NCBI RefSeq assembly: GCF_018350175.1
Contig: NC_058383.1
Span: 9,054,001 to 9,118,000, forward strand
Origin: Felis catus
Taxonomy: Eukaryota
Length of the DNA: 64,000 nucleotides
Direction: 5' to 3'
The notes beneath the pieces were generated by a model. It was not told the DNA's origin and ran no database searches. It was given only the letters and a program-made list of their open reading frames with translations. Made by a program: the position numbers and the translations under genes. Below are positions 12,501-28,000 of the stretch, in pieces (position 1 is the stretch's first letter; each line of letters starts with the position of its first letter).

Positions 12501-15500
12501 GCAGGCCTGCGGGGCCTGGTCCGGCTGCTGCACGTGCGTGCTGGCTTCTGCTGCGGAGTCATCCGGGCCCACAAGAAGGCCATCGCCACCCTCTGCTTCA
12601 GCCCCACCCACGAGACCCACCTCTTCAGTAAGACCCTCTCCCACACCCCTGAGGTGTCCCCAGCACCCAGACGCCTCAGTGCGCCCTCCCCAGCACGGTA
12701 GGGAGCTCCTGCGGCTGGCGGGCTTCATGGCTGGCGCCACGCTCTGCTCTGGCCGTAGTAGAAACAGCGTGGCTTTGCGGACTGACAGGGCGTCAGATCC
12801 TGGCTTTGCCCCCAGCTGCTCCATGGCCTTGAAGCTTTCCCACAGCCTGGGCTGCTCTGTGACCTGGGTGGACACCCCTGCTCCCCAAGAGTGCTAAGCC
12901 AGACAAGGGTGATGTGTGAGCAGAGGCCTAAGAAGATGGCTGCCTGCTGTGGGGCACGTTAGATTAGGGCGAGGTAGGCAGTGTAGGCACTCGAGCCCTC
13001 CGTGGCCCAGCTGTGGCCCGGCCTGCCTCGGGCTGGCCTTGCGACCACAGCCTCAGCCTGGAATGGAGTCCGCGGGAGGGAGCAGGGCCTCCTCAGAGCC
13101 ACCTCTCCCCTTCCCATCCCCTGCCCAGCGGCCTCCTATGACAAGCGGATCATCCTCTGGGACGTCGGGGTGCCCAACCACGATTATGAATTCCAGGCCA
13201 GGTGATGATGCTGAGGGGCAGGGTGGGGGGGGGGGCGCTGACACAGGGCCGTGGCCTCACACTCTTCCCCACCTGCCGGCAGCCAGCTGCTCACACTCGA
13301 TGCTGCCTCCATCCCGCTGCGCCTCTGCCCTGTGGCGTCCTGCCCGGAGGCCTACCTGCTGGCTGGCTGCGAGGGTGGCTGCTGCTGCTGGGACGTGCGG
13401 CTGGACCAGCCTCAGAAGAGGAGGTGAGGCCGGCCCGGGAGGCCTCGAAAGCCTGGCCGCGGCCAGTCCAGACGTCTGACCCTGAGCGGGTCTGCCGGGG
13501 GTGGTGCCCAAGCTGTGCCCCGTTCTGGGCAGCCAGAGGCTGTTTTCAGGGGCCTCTTCCCAAGTGTGGTCTGTCCCTACCTCCTGCCAGTCTCTCGAGG
13601 AAAGCCTTGTGACCCATTCCTTCCCTGGTGTTTAGTGGGGGGGGGGAACCGGGCCGGGTCACTTCTCTGAGTTGTGATCACCTCACCTTCGAGGTTAATG
13701 TACCACCCAGTAGGCCAGAGACTGAGCTCAGCATAGCATCCCTGCCCTTGCAGGGCCCACAGCCTTGTGGCAGAGACAGGCATTAAAAAAGATGGCCCGT
13801 TACCCCCAAGGTGTGAGGTCAGGTGCAAAGGAAGACTAAGGTACCATGTGAGCCTAGCAGGGAGTCAGGCAGAGGGAGGAGGTGCTCACACAGAGGCAGC
13901 AGCCTATGCACAGGGTGGGGACAGCTGCCTGACCTGGGAGGTCTGGCCCAGCTTGGGAAGCTGGAGGAGATGGCACAGGAGGTGGTGAGGTTGCTCGGCC
14001 GGGGCCACTGGCCGTCGGCCCCGGTAAGATTGTGAATTTTGTCCTAAATGCAGTCGATGGCCTGGGAAGAACCTTAGAGGTGGGTGACAGGAGTGAGGCA
14101 GCTGCTACATGGAGACAAATCCCAGAAGCTTCAGCACGGGCTGGAGCAGTTGTCTGGCCCTGTGCCACACCTGGTTAAGCCCTGGGCCTGCCCCCTACCC
14201 TTTGCCCACCCACATCTGTCTGGGGTCCAAGCCCTGTGGTGGCCCATGCCTCAGATGGGCCTGCTGCTCCTCGGCCGCCTATCTGGCTCCAGGTGGCACG
14301 GGGACCGTGGGCAGCTGCCGGGTGGCCTTTCCAAGCAGCGTCGACCCCATACACTTCTCAGCTTGGAAAAGTGCAGCAGTCACTTCCCACCACCGGCCCA
14401 GAACTGCCTTCCTCTCCAGACCATTCCCGGCCCCGCCCCCCAGGATGGAGTGGGAGAACCAGCCCCTCCTGCTCCTGAGTTCCCACCACCTGTGGCCGTG
14501 TCCCCAGAGGTGCTGGCTCCCCTTCCAGGGCAAAGCCGAACCCCTCCAGGGCCCGGGACAGATCTCGTCGCATCTCCTAGTTGGGGCAGAGGGCACGTCT
14601 AGAGGCACACGGCTCCTGTCCATGCAGGGGTAGCTGACTGGCATCTGCTGCTGCCCCGCAGGGTGTGTGAGGTGGAGTTTGTCTTCTCCGAGGGCTCAGA
14701 GGCACCAGGGCGGAGAGTGGACGGGCTGGCGTTTGTGAATGAGGATGTCGTGGGTGAGTGAGCCCTGCTCAGGGACAGCCTGGCTTCCTGAGAACCAAGG
14801 AGAGGCCCCGGTAAGGCCTTTGTGGGTCGCTTCTCCCTGGGCTGGGTTTTTTGGTTTAAAATTTTTTTACTTTGAGAGAGAGCACAAGGGGGAGAGGGGC
14901 AGAGAGGAGAGACAGAATCCCAGGCAGGCACTGCACCATCAGTGCAGAGCCCGACGTGGGGCTCAAACTCCCCAACTGCGAGATCGTGACCTGGGCTGAG
15001 ATTAAGAGTTGGATGCTTAACCGACTGAGCCACTCAGGCGCCCCTCCCTGGGCTGGGGTTTAGGGGCTCCTGAGGGGTCCCTGCTATGCAACAGAAGTGT
15101 TTGTGGAGAGGGCCCCCCCCCAACCCCAATTCTCACCCGCAGCCTCCAAGGGGAACAGCCTGGGCACCATCTGCCTGTGGAGCTGGAGCCAGACGTGGGT
15201 GGGCCGGGGCAAGCAGTCCACACTAGCGGTGGTGGTCCTGGCTCGGCTGCAGTGGTCACCCACCAAGCTGGCCTACTTCTCACTCAGCACCTGTCCTGGT
15301 GAGCCTCCCCCCCACCCCCCCCCAGCCGCCCCATCCTGCCCTCCACCTCCTGGAGCTCCGCCCCACCTTCGATCTCAACGTGTGTGTCCTGGCAGATGAG
15401 GGCATCGTGCTGTGTGGAGACGAGGAGGGCAACGTGTGGGTCTATGACGTCAGGCACATCCTGACCCAGCAGCCTCCACTGCCGGCAGCTCCGCAGGCCC

Positions 15501-15730
15501 CGACGCAGGTAGGCACCGCGTGTCCCTCTCCTGCCGCCGGGACTATCGTGTAGGAAGCAGGAGCCCAGCCCCCCTCTCTTCCCCCCCAGATCCTTAAGTG
15601 GCCCCAGCCCTGGGCCCTCGGCCAGATGGTGACCAAGACCATGGTGAACACAGTGGTGGCCAACCCCACCTTTACCTACCTCACCGCTCTGACAGACTCC
15701 AATATCGTGGCCATCTGGAAGAGACCGTAG
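9307..15730 (+). CDS. LRWD1: Leucine-rich repeat and WD repeat-containing protein 1 (ORCA), 649 aa, 15 coding exons
   Basis: Exons 9307-9386, 9931-10165, 10280-10396, 10858-10998, 11238-11342, 11604-11726, 11812-11926, 12124(or 12133)-12233, 12420-12627, 13129-13201, 13283-13423, 14662-14753, 15143-15298, 15396-15508 and 15590-15730. All introns are GT-AG with matching phases; sum 1950 nt. Starts MGPLSARLLMQRGRPKSDRLGKIRSLDLSG in a GCCATGG Kozak context. N-terminal LRRs (LQELDLSNNQLETLP) are followed by C-terminal WD40 repeats (TASYDKRIILWD). Confidence 0.96.
14847..15044 (-). mobile_element. Carnivore SINE (SINEC) in LRWD1 intron 12
   Basis: tRNA-derived head GGGGCGCCTGAGTGGCTCAGTCGGTTAAG on the minus strand, with CT-rich linker and A tail. 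Target-site duplication (TSD) TCCCTGGGCTGGG at 14834-14846 and 15045-15057. Confidence 0.9.
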
Positions 15731-15832
15731 CCAGAGCAGGGCCTCCTGCCTGTCGCGGAGCACCAGGGACACAACTTAACTTATTCAGCTTTGGGGCTAA
15801 TGACAGGGAGCTTTTTATCGGCGAATGTTTTT

Positions 15833-15838
15833 ATTAAA
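15833..15838 (+). terminator. LRWD1 polyadenylation signal (ATTAAA)
   Basis: ATTAAA about 100 nt after the LRWD1 stop, preceded by a T-rich stretch and followed by GT-rich sequence. Confidence 0.7.
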
Positions 15839-16154
15839 GTCTCTACTGTTTAAGAGAAGACTGGAGAGCGGTTTGTGGCCCCGTCTGGCGTTCCTAGTCT
15901 GAGACGGGCAGGCGGACCTGGCAGCTGAGGGACTCCTGGAAGCACTGCCTCCCTGGCCGCCCCCCAGCTTTGCAGTTGTTGGTCTAGAATGAGGGATCGC
16001 GCCACCTTCTCAGACAAAACTCTGAGTCTTCCACTCTGAAATACAGCCCCAGGGTAACCATGCAAGAGGTCATCTACCTCCATGGAGCCTCGCAATCCAC
16101 GTGCTGTGTGGTCACCTTGCTTTAGCCCACATCCAGGTCTCTTCCTGCCACACT

Positions 16155-16160
16155 TTTATT
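16155..16160 (-). terminator. POLR2J polyadenylation signal (AATAAA)
   Basis: TTTATT on the + strand about 150 nt downstream of the POLR2J stop, with upstream TGTA motifs on the minus strand. Confidence 0.75.
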
Positions 16161-16307
16161 TGGAAGGTGAAACAGACTCTATGTACATACACATTGGCTC
16201 TGGAGGGAGGGGCTCACCAGGATGTCCCCGAAGCTGGGGAAGCAGCTCTCTACTTGGGGCCTGGAGAAGGTTCCAGTGCAGGTGCCAAGCAAGACCCCTC
16301 CAGCTTT

Positions 16308-19570
<3,263 letters not shown>

Positions 19571-20340
19571 CCTAGCGTCGCAGCCGCCACCACCGCCGCC
19601 GGCAGAATCCTATAACACCACCTCTTCCGGGTTAGAGGCTGCTTCCGGGTTACTCCGGCCGGGCCGAACCCGTGTGAAGACCGGCTGATTGCCCCCTATC
19701 GGCCCGGAGGATGTACCGCAGGCACGAGAAAAGCCCATGGGACCGAAGGCGGGGGCGGGGGGGGGGGGGGAGGGGGGCGGTGGCTGGTGGTTCTGCGCAT
19801 GCGTAAACCCGGAGTCGGCTCCGTGTGCTCGTTCCCCTGTGGGCGCGCTTCGGCCCCCGCTGGCGGTGCTGGCAGCTGCTCTACTCGTGCTGAGAGGGCC
19901 TCACCGGGCTAAGCGGCAATGTGCCCCTCTCCGCTTCCCCGTGCCCCTTGATCCTTCTTTGGAGATGTGCTCTCGGAGTACCCAGCGAGGCCCTCGGAGG
20001 ATGGAGCCAGGGCGCAGTGGGCAGCTGTGGCCGGCGGGGGGCGGAAGACGCCTCACGGGCTCCCGGTCCCCGGGCCAGTGGGTTGTGAAGCCCCGCCAAG
20101 GCCGCCTGCCACGGGCCCCTGGCTGTGCCGTCCCTGGCTGGCCAAGGGGGCTTGTGGCCTAATGAGCTTCTTGTTAGCCAGACAGCGGGTAAGGGCTGGG
20201 GACAGGTGTATCCAAGGGGGAGAGAGGAGCTTGGAGGGGCAAGTGTAGGAGTCCGTTTTCATTGGTTGGTATTCGGCAGACTAAGGTTTAGGGGTTTTTG
20301 GTTTTTTAATGACTGCTGTTGAGATCTATCCCAAAGCCAA

Positions 20341-20526
20341 TTTAATTTTTTTTTTTTTTAATGTTTATTTGTGAGAGAGGGGTAGGGGGACAGGATTCAA
20401 AGTGGGCTCTGTGCTGACAGCAGAGGGCCCCACGTGGGGCTTGAACTCAGGAGCCCTGAGCTCATGACCCTATCCAAAGTCGGAAACTTAAAGGTCGGAG
20501 GTTTAACTGAGCTACCCAGGCGCCCC
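20341..20526 (-). mobile_element. Carnivore SINE (SINEC)
   Basis: T tail, then GAGAGAG, ending CTGAGCTACCCAGGCGCCCC. Confidence 0.85.
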
Positions 20527-21520
20527 TCCTACTGTTTAAAGGCCCTGCCTGAGCTGGCAGAACCAAGGGCCTGGGTCTCCCATAAGCTACCGAAGCCTCA
20601 GCAGCGGAGGAGCCCCCAAGGAAACCTGGAGCTTCCATCACCACTTCCTCCTGAGCTTTGGGCCCCTGGGGTGAGGAAGTGGAGGCTGGCACCGGCCTGC
20701 AAGCCAGGCCACACCAGGCTAAGTAGGTGGGGAGGAATGGAAGGCACAGAGGGTGACGATACCCTGAGGCTGTAACCCGCCCTTCAGGGCCGTCCTGGGA
20801 AAGTTTGGACCAGGGATTGCTACTTAACTGTTCTGGGCGGGGGTGAGGGGAAAAGGGGATGTCGTTTTCACCCAAACGGGACCTCATTCCCTGCCTGAGA
20901 GACCCTGAGGGTGCGGGAGTACATGGCCAGGCACTTTGTTGTAACCCCCTTTGGGCTGCAGCAGCCGCCCCACCCCAGGACCCTTTTGGAGGAGAGGGTG
21001 GTGGGTGACACTACGGGGCCGCGTGTATGCGGTTAAGCCTGGGCTTCTACTTGTGGCAGCCCCTTAAGTGCACACCTCTTTCCCCTTCACTCTGCATTAG
21101 GGCACAGCAGACCCTGGGGTCCATAGTCCCTGACCACAAGGTTCTTGAAACCCAAGGAGATTCAACAGGTGTGCAGACTTGTGTGAGGCCCTAAGGAAGC
21201 AGCCAGAGAACAGACGCTGCTGGGGGGCGGGGGGCGGCACAGCCTTAGCACCCCCTATGCCAGGAAGGGAAGGGGAGACAAGTCAGGCTCTGGAGCCTGT
21301 GGGGGATGGAGCCGTGGGACCCAGGGGTGTGGTGGGGACAACAGTTGTGGGGAAGGAGGGAATCCCCCCGGGATTTGGGGGTGGGAGACAGAAGGGATAC
21401 ACAAAGACTATGCTGGTGGCCCCAGTCCTTGGCCACCCACAAGAGCCACTGGAGTCCCCAGGCCCACTCCCTCCACCGACCCCCATCACAAGACCCCAGA
21501 GGCCAGGCAGTCACAGCAGG

Positions 21521-21526
21521 TTTATT
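21521..21526 (-). terminator. RASA4 polyadenylation signal (AATAAA)
   Basis: First TTTATT seen downstream of the RASA4 stop, giving a 3'UTR of about 500 nt. Confidence 0.7.
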
Positions 21527-22025
21527 GTCAGCGACAGAGCACCGCGAAGCTCTCCCGGGGGCCCAGGCAGTGGCCGCAGGGGAGCAGGTGGGGGTGGCCA
21601 GGAGCAAAGGGGATGCTGAGGTCGAGGCCTGGCCTCCTAGGATCCGTGTCCCCTCCCACCTCTCTGGGCCCAAGGAGCATCAGTCCAACAGGCAGGGGCC
21701 ATCCTAGGGGTGGTTTCTGGCTAGATCTGTCCTGGGCAGGAGGGGTCCCCAGAGTCTGGGCCAGTAGCAGCGAGGGCTGCAGGGCCCGCGGGGAGCAGCC
21801 AGGCTTCACGGAGAAGCAGGAGCTCCCCAAGTCCCCTAGAGACTTGAGGTGGGTGACAATGGGCCCCCTGCTGCCTGGTCCCTTCGGACTCACCCAGCCC
21901 AGGAGAGCCCTGAGCCTTGCTCCCCAGGGAGGGGGACTGAAGTGAAGAGCCAGAAGCACATGGGGGCGGGGGGCGGGGTCTCCAAGCACCGGTCAGGGGG
22001 CTCGGCAGGGAGTGTGGGGCAGGCC

Positions 22026-25000
22026 TCACGTCAGCTCCAGGAGGCAGCTGGGCTCGGAAGGCGGTGAGCTGGCTGGGCTGGATCTGTGGGCCTCCTGGAG
22101 GTCCCGCAGCACCTGCAGCAGCTGGGCCAGTGGGTCCTCAGGGGCTGGAGGCAGATGCGGGATGGGGGCAAGGTGGGGCCAAAGGCCAGAGAGCCCCTGA
22201 GAGTGGGACCCCGCCCATAGCAGCCCTGAAGGGAGCTCGGGCCCCTGCAAGAGTCCACACGGGGGGGGGGGGGGGGGGGGGGGTGGTGACCTACCTCCAC
22301 CAGGGCCTGTGAGCACAGAGCCCGCCTCTGTGCCCGCGCTCAGCTCCCGGTGCTTCTCCCTGCGGGGGAGGACAGAGTGAGGGCTCCTGGTGCCCTGGCC
22401 AGGAAGGCTGGGTGACCCCCCTGAGCTGGATGGGGTCCTGGGACTGGGGGGCTGACCCTTTCAGTCTGTGGGGAAGAAACAGAGGCCCAGGTCTTGGTCC
22501 CCTGGTCCCCTGGCACTTTTCCTCTTCCAGCCTCCTCTGGTCCTCCCCACTTCCAAAACGGGGCAGCGGGGGGGGGGGGGAGCGGGGGGTGGTGGTCATC
22601 AGAAGGCACCACTCCTATTTCAGAGGGCCCTGGGGAAAGCGGCCAACTGGGGCCTGAAAGTCCCCACTATTAACTGGCTGTGGAACCAGCTTCTTTCTTC
22701 TGGAAATAGGAGACTGACAATTCAAGCACGGTTCCTAACCAGGGTCCACCAGACCTGGGCCACCCTGGGCCCTCTCAGGTACAGTCCTGTGAGTTTGCAC
22801 AGAGGGAGAGTCGGCAGCCAAGTGGACCCCAGGCTTGAAGTTCCTTAGTTAGGAATTCGACTGGCTTGGCCCTTTGGATGGTCTCCCTGATCTGTTTTGG
22901 AAGAGAGGTGTCCCTGTGCTAAGATCTAACGGGGTCCTCTTCCTCAGATGCCTTCTAGGTCCTGCGGGGTCGGTCCAGGCCCTCACCTGCTCTGTTCATT
23001 TACTTATTCGACATTTACCGCGAGAGAATACATCTGCGTTGTTTCTGGCCACCAAGTGTCCAGTAATTGGTACCAGCAGCCATGGGAAGTGGGTACAGCA
23101 GGGCTGAGGACAGGCCACCGTGTCAGTGGATCAGAGGTGCAGGTGAGGCAGGAGGTCTGGTGGTGTGGGTGGCAAGGAGGTGGGCACAATGAGAAGGGTG
23201 GTCGAGGCGTTCTGGAGGTGGGAGAGGCTCTCCAGGCAGGGTGCTGTGATTGGGACTATGAGCCCTGGTCCCGTGTTGGGACCACCCGAACACAAGGCTG
23301 CTTGGGTTCAAACCTCTGCCACTTCCTGGCTTAAATGGGGGTAACCGTGGGTCCCAGGAACAGAGCAGACAAGGTGGTGGCTTCATCTTGGAGGTGGAGG
23401 ATGAAGTCCCTGAACAAGGGGGCCAGAGTAGGGATGGAGAGGGAGCTGGTGACGGGGCCGCACCGGCAGAAAGGAGGTGGCTGCAGGGTGGCCTGGAGGC
23501 TACTGGTGACTGGGGCTCACAAGGGGGCAAGTGGTTCTAATCTGACCGCATGAGCTTTGAAGGGTTTTGAGGAAGAGAGTTAACTGCTGGAAACAAGGAT
23601 AAGTCGTGAAGGAGCGAGGACCGTAGCCCCCCTCCCCCAGGGCCCGGGGACAGGAGTGTGGGAGAGAAAACCGCCCCCATTCCGCAGACTCGGGGAGGCA
23701 GTACTCTCAGGAAACACTGGGTTGCTTAAAAATATCGCCATGCTGGCCTCGTCCTCCAGAGCCTCTGAGTCAGTGGGGCAGGGTGCAGGCATCCCGTTGG
23801 TTCCTGAGCTGGGGAGCTGGGGCCAGGGCTGGGAACCAGGGCACCACGGAGGCGGCTGAGGAACTCGGAGAGGTGGCCGAGGGCAACCCCTGAGCCCCGA
23901 GGGCACAACAGGAAGGCTGGACAGGCTGGGAGGCTGGGGCTTCCACAGCCCATGGACCTTTGCCCTAAGTGCCTCATGCCGCAGAGACCTATGTGTCCCT
24001 CCCCAGGTGTGGCCACCAAAGGCAGGCCCGTGCCGGGCCTGATGCGAAGGGAGAGACCAGCCACACAGAGCAGCCCTGAGCCCGAGTCCCAACTCTGGGC
24101 CTCGCCTGGCACATTCCCTGGGGCTGCACGGGCCCCCTCACCGCAGCGCGGGCTCCACGCCCAGCAGGTGCCGATAGATGAGCTGGGCCTCCAGGTCGTG
24201 ATCGAGAGGGTCATTCCACTCCTGCAGGGTCACCCGTGACCGGGTCTTGTCACAGCCCAGATCTGGGGGCACAGAGAGGGCAGGGTGTGGGCAGGCCCTG
24301 TGAGAGCTTACGTCCAAATTCCTGGGAGTGCAGGTGGGGACACTGAGGCCGGGAGAGGGACAGGAATACGCTCAGGGGCCCCAGGAGGGCAGCAGCTCAT
24401 CCCTCGGATTCGCTCCTGAGCCCTGGGACACACGAAGGCAGAGTGTGGGAGCTGCACAACCTTCTGGAAGGAAGAAGGGAGTGCCCTGGAACCGTAAGAT
24501 CACGAGGAGGGAAGCTGAGGGGTTTGTGCCTTGGAATGAGCTGGCCCTGCCACTTGCTGGCTTTACGACCTTGGCAGAGGTACTGGCCCTTGGTAAGCCT
24601 CAGTTTCCGCCTCCATAAAATGGGCTACCAGACCCTGCCACCTAGTGCCCTGGGGAGCCCCCCTCACCAATGACGAGGGTTGTCACCGAGGTCAAAGCCA
24701 ACGGCTCCAGGTCAGGCCAACTGACCAGCGACACCCTTGTAAAGACCCGCCACTGCTCAGTCCCACACGCGGGCCCGGGCTAGAGTGGGTGGGTCAGCTT
24801 CCGAGGGCCTCCCGTGCCAGGCTCCAGAGGCCCGGCCTGGAGGCGGGGGGGCTCCAAGGGCTGAGGCTCTTCTGTGACTGGGGAGCAAGAATTCTGTGAA
24901 GCAGCCGGAGGTGAGGGAAGATCGTCACAGTTCCAGAACTGAGCTGTGCGACAGGGTAGCCACTAGCCACGCCTGGGGGGCTCAGTCAGTTGAGCATCCG

Positions 25001-28000
25001 ACTTCGGCTCAAGTCACGATCTCGCGGTTTATGGGTTCGAGCCCCACATCGGGCTCTCTGCTGTCAGCGCAGCGCCTGCCTCAGATCCTCTGCCCCCCTC
25101 TCTCTCTGCCCCTCCCCTGCTCCCGCTCTCTCTCGATTAAACGTTAAAAAAATAGCAATACTAAAATAAAATTATATACGAGAAAACAAACTTAAAACTC
25201 AGTTCCCGGGCCACACTAGCCACATTTCAAGCCTGGACACACGCTCACGACCAGCACGTGCTCAGTACCGGGCAGCACAGACACATACCATTTCCGTCAT
25301 CATCGAAAGTTCTAGCAGAGGCTCCTCCCGGCCAGCCCTCTAGTGCCCAGGGTCCCCCCGCCCACAGCTCCGGTACCCGACCGCGAACTCCGGGGCCCTC
25401 TCTTGCCCTCATCAGCAAGGAATTCCTAAAGCGCGTTCCTTGGAACCCTGGTTCTGCAAGAACCTCAGTCCCTCGGCAAGACAAGGCTTCCTGTCAAGTG
25501 AGTTAGGGAGCCCTGGGTCACAGGGTGTTAGAAACGGGACCCCAACTGGGCTTCAGGCCACCACAGGGCCTTCCGTGTCCCCTCACGCGGCACACACACC
25601 ACACGGCATTTCCCAAACCAGCCAGTCACGAACCCTCCTTGCCCGGAGCACCCGCAGGGGCCGGCCGGCCTCTGGCGAGTTCCCGCAGGCGCACAGGCGG
25701 CCCCCCAAGCCAGGCCAGCAAGCCAGGGCTCGAAGGCCCCGCGTGGATGGGTGCAGGGTAGGGGCCCGCGCCTCCTCTCCCACCTGACTTGTCCTTCTGG
25801 TGGCAACAGCTCCACTTGTCCCCGCGGAAGACGCCAGGGTGGTAGGAGCCGAGCAGGCCAGGGTTGCCGATGCTCACCTTCCGCAGCGCAGACAGCCACT
25901 GGTTCAGCTCGTTCACGCACTACAGGCGACACGGGGGGCGGCGGTCAGAGGTCACCCCCTCCGGGAAGCCCTCCCTCCCTGGCACTCCCAAGCACGTGGG
26001 CCAACGCGCAAAGCGTGGGCTGGACCGCGGCCACCACCGGCCCCCTCCGCTGTCCCTGGGGCAGCATACCCCCTGCCGACGATACGTGGTGGCCCTGCTG
26101 TCACTGTTTCCCCCTGTGGCTTGGGACAGTCACTTCCCACAACAAGCCAAACCCCTCCCACTTCAGCCTTCCTTCCTGGTCCCTGCATCCCCCCTAGATG
26201 GTCCCTCCTTCACAGTGGCCCTGCTCAAATGCCACGCGCCGGGGGTCCTCCCCCCACCGAAGCCTACTTCGTCCTATTTCCCTCCCTAAGTCTCCTTTGT
26301 GCTCTTGAAGGCACTGCCACCATTTGACATTTTAAATATTTATTTAACATCCATCTGCTCCCCCGGGACACGAGCTCCACCAGGGCAAGGCTGTGTTCCG
26401 CCTGCCGCTGAACCCCCACCGCTGAGAACAGCCGGGGACCTTGCAGGTGCTCACCAGATATTTTTTAGATGAGTGAACGAGTTAATACGTGAAAAGACGA
26501 GAAGGCGGTTTGAGGTCACGCACTCGGGGCCACACACTTCCGTAAACGTGTGATTATTACGTGTTGATACACACACACAAACACACAGGCACCAACACAC
26601 ATACTCAGAAATCCAGTTTCCCGCAAACAGGTACAACACGAAGCTCCAAATCATGGGGACGTACACGTCCAGACGCTGGGCCTCGCACAGACCTACATGT
26701 GGGTAACTGGACAAGCCCAGGGAAAGGCAGGCACGGCACCCCGAGTCTAGGACACAGACACACGAGACGCACACACACACACACACACACACACGCCGGA
26801 TCTCACACCCTGCTGGACCCGATGTGGCCGACAAAGGGGTAGGGGACTCCCTGGGGCCTCCGAGTAGCCGCCCCCCAGGTGGCCATTCCCACAGCGCCCC
26901 TCCCCTCCAGGGCCCTCCACGGCCCCCACCCTGCACTGCAGGTAGACCGTCTGGGGCTTGCCCGCATCGTCCTCGTAGATGAGCTGCATGACGTTCGAGC
27001 TGCCGAAGCTCTTCTCCTCCACCTTCTCCGCCGCCCGGATGTTGGCCGGCTTGATGAGGGCACTTTTCTGGAGTGGGTGGAGTGGGCAGACTCAGGGTCC
27101 CAGCCGGGGCCCCGCCATTTCCTAGTTCTGGGCCTTAGTCTCCCTTTCTGCAGCAGCGGGGGTTGGCGTAGAGGACCCAGCTCTGTGAGTGACCTCGGCC
27201 AGATGCAGTGCAGACAGATGGTGACCGATGCCTGGCCTCTCGAGGGTTCCCGGCGGCCCCGGGAGGTCTGAGCATGGGAAACATTGTCTGGAATCCCAGC
27301 ATTCCCCAGGGCTGGCAGGTAGCACCTGCCGGAATCAGACCCTGTGCCTTTTCCCTTATGAATAATTCCCCAACTTGCCTTTACCTTGCCCAGCTCTAAG
27401 AGTCACAACCCACCTCCTGGCCCCTTCTCACTCCTGTCGTCATCCAATATGGTAAGACACAAACGGGATGATGGGGAGTTCTGCGCCTAACAGATCTACA
27501 TCCCCGAGGGGCCCCCAAGCTGCTAAAACTCCGCCTGTGCCAGCGGCCCCCAGCCCCTTGTCTCTCCCATCAGAGCTTGCCGGGGCCCTTAGCACACAAA
27601 TAACCAGTCCCCACGGCTCTCTGGAGAGCACCCACACCCCCCAGCCTCGCATCCAAGCCCACCAACCCCTGCTGGCCTCAGTGATGAGTAGCGAGTGGGG
27701 AAACCTGGAGGGGAGCCTTGGGGACACACATCTCAGCCATCTTGGGGTAGAGCCTCCCAAAGGGCAGAGGATGGAAGGGCACCTGGGTGGCTCAGTCGGT
27801 TAAGCATCTCTTGATTTCGGCTCAGGTTATGATCCAGGGTTGTGGGATCGAGCCCTGCACAGGCTCCATGCTCACCATGGAGCCTGCTTAAGATTCTTTC
27901 TCCCTCTGCCCCTCTCACATGTGCTGTCTCTAAAATTAAAAAAAAAAATTTTTTTTCTATTTTAAAAAATCAGGGGCAGGGCACCTGGGTGGCTTGGTCA

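Noticed and set aside
9387..14661. Intronic microRNA genes annotated in human LRWD1
   Set aside because: I could not identify a supporting hairpin or mature sequence by eye, so none is called.
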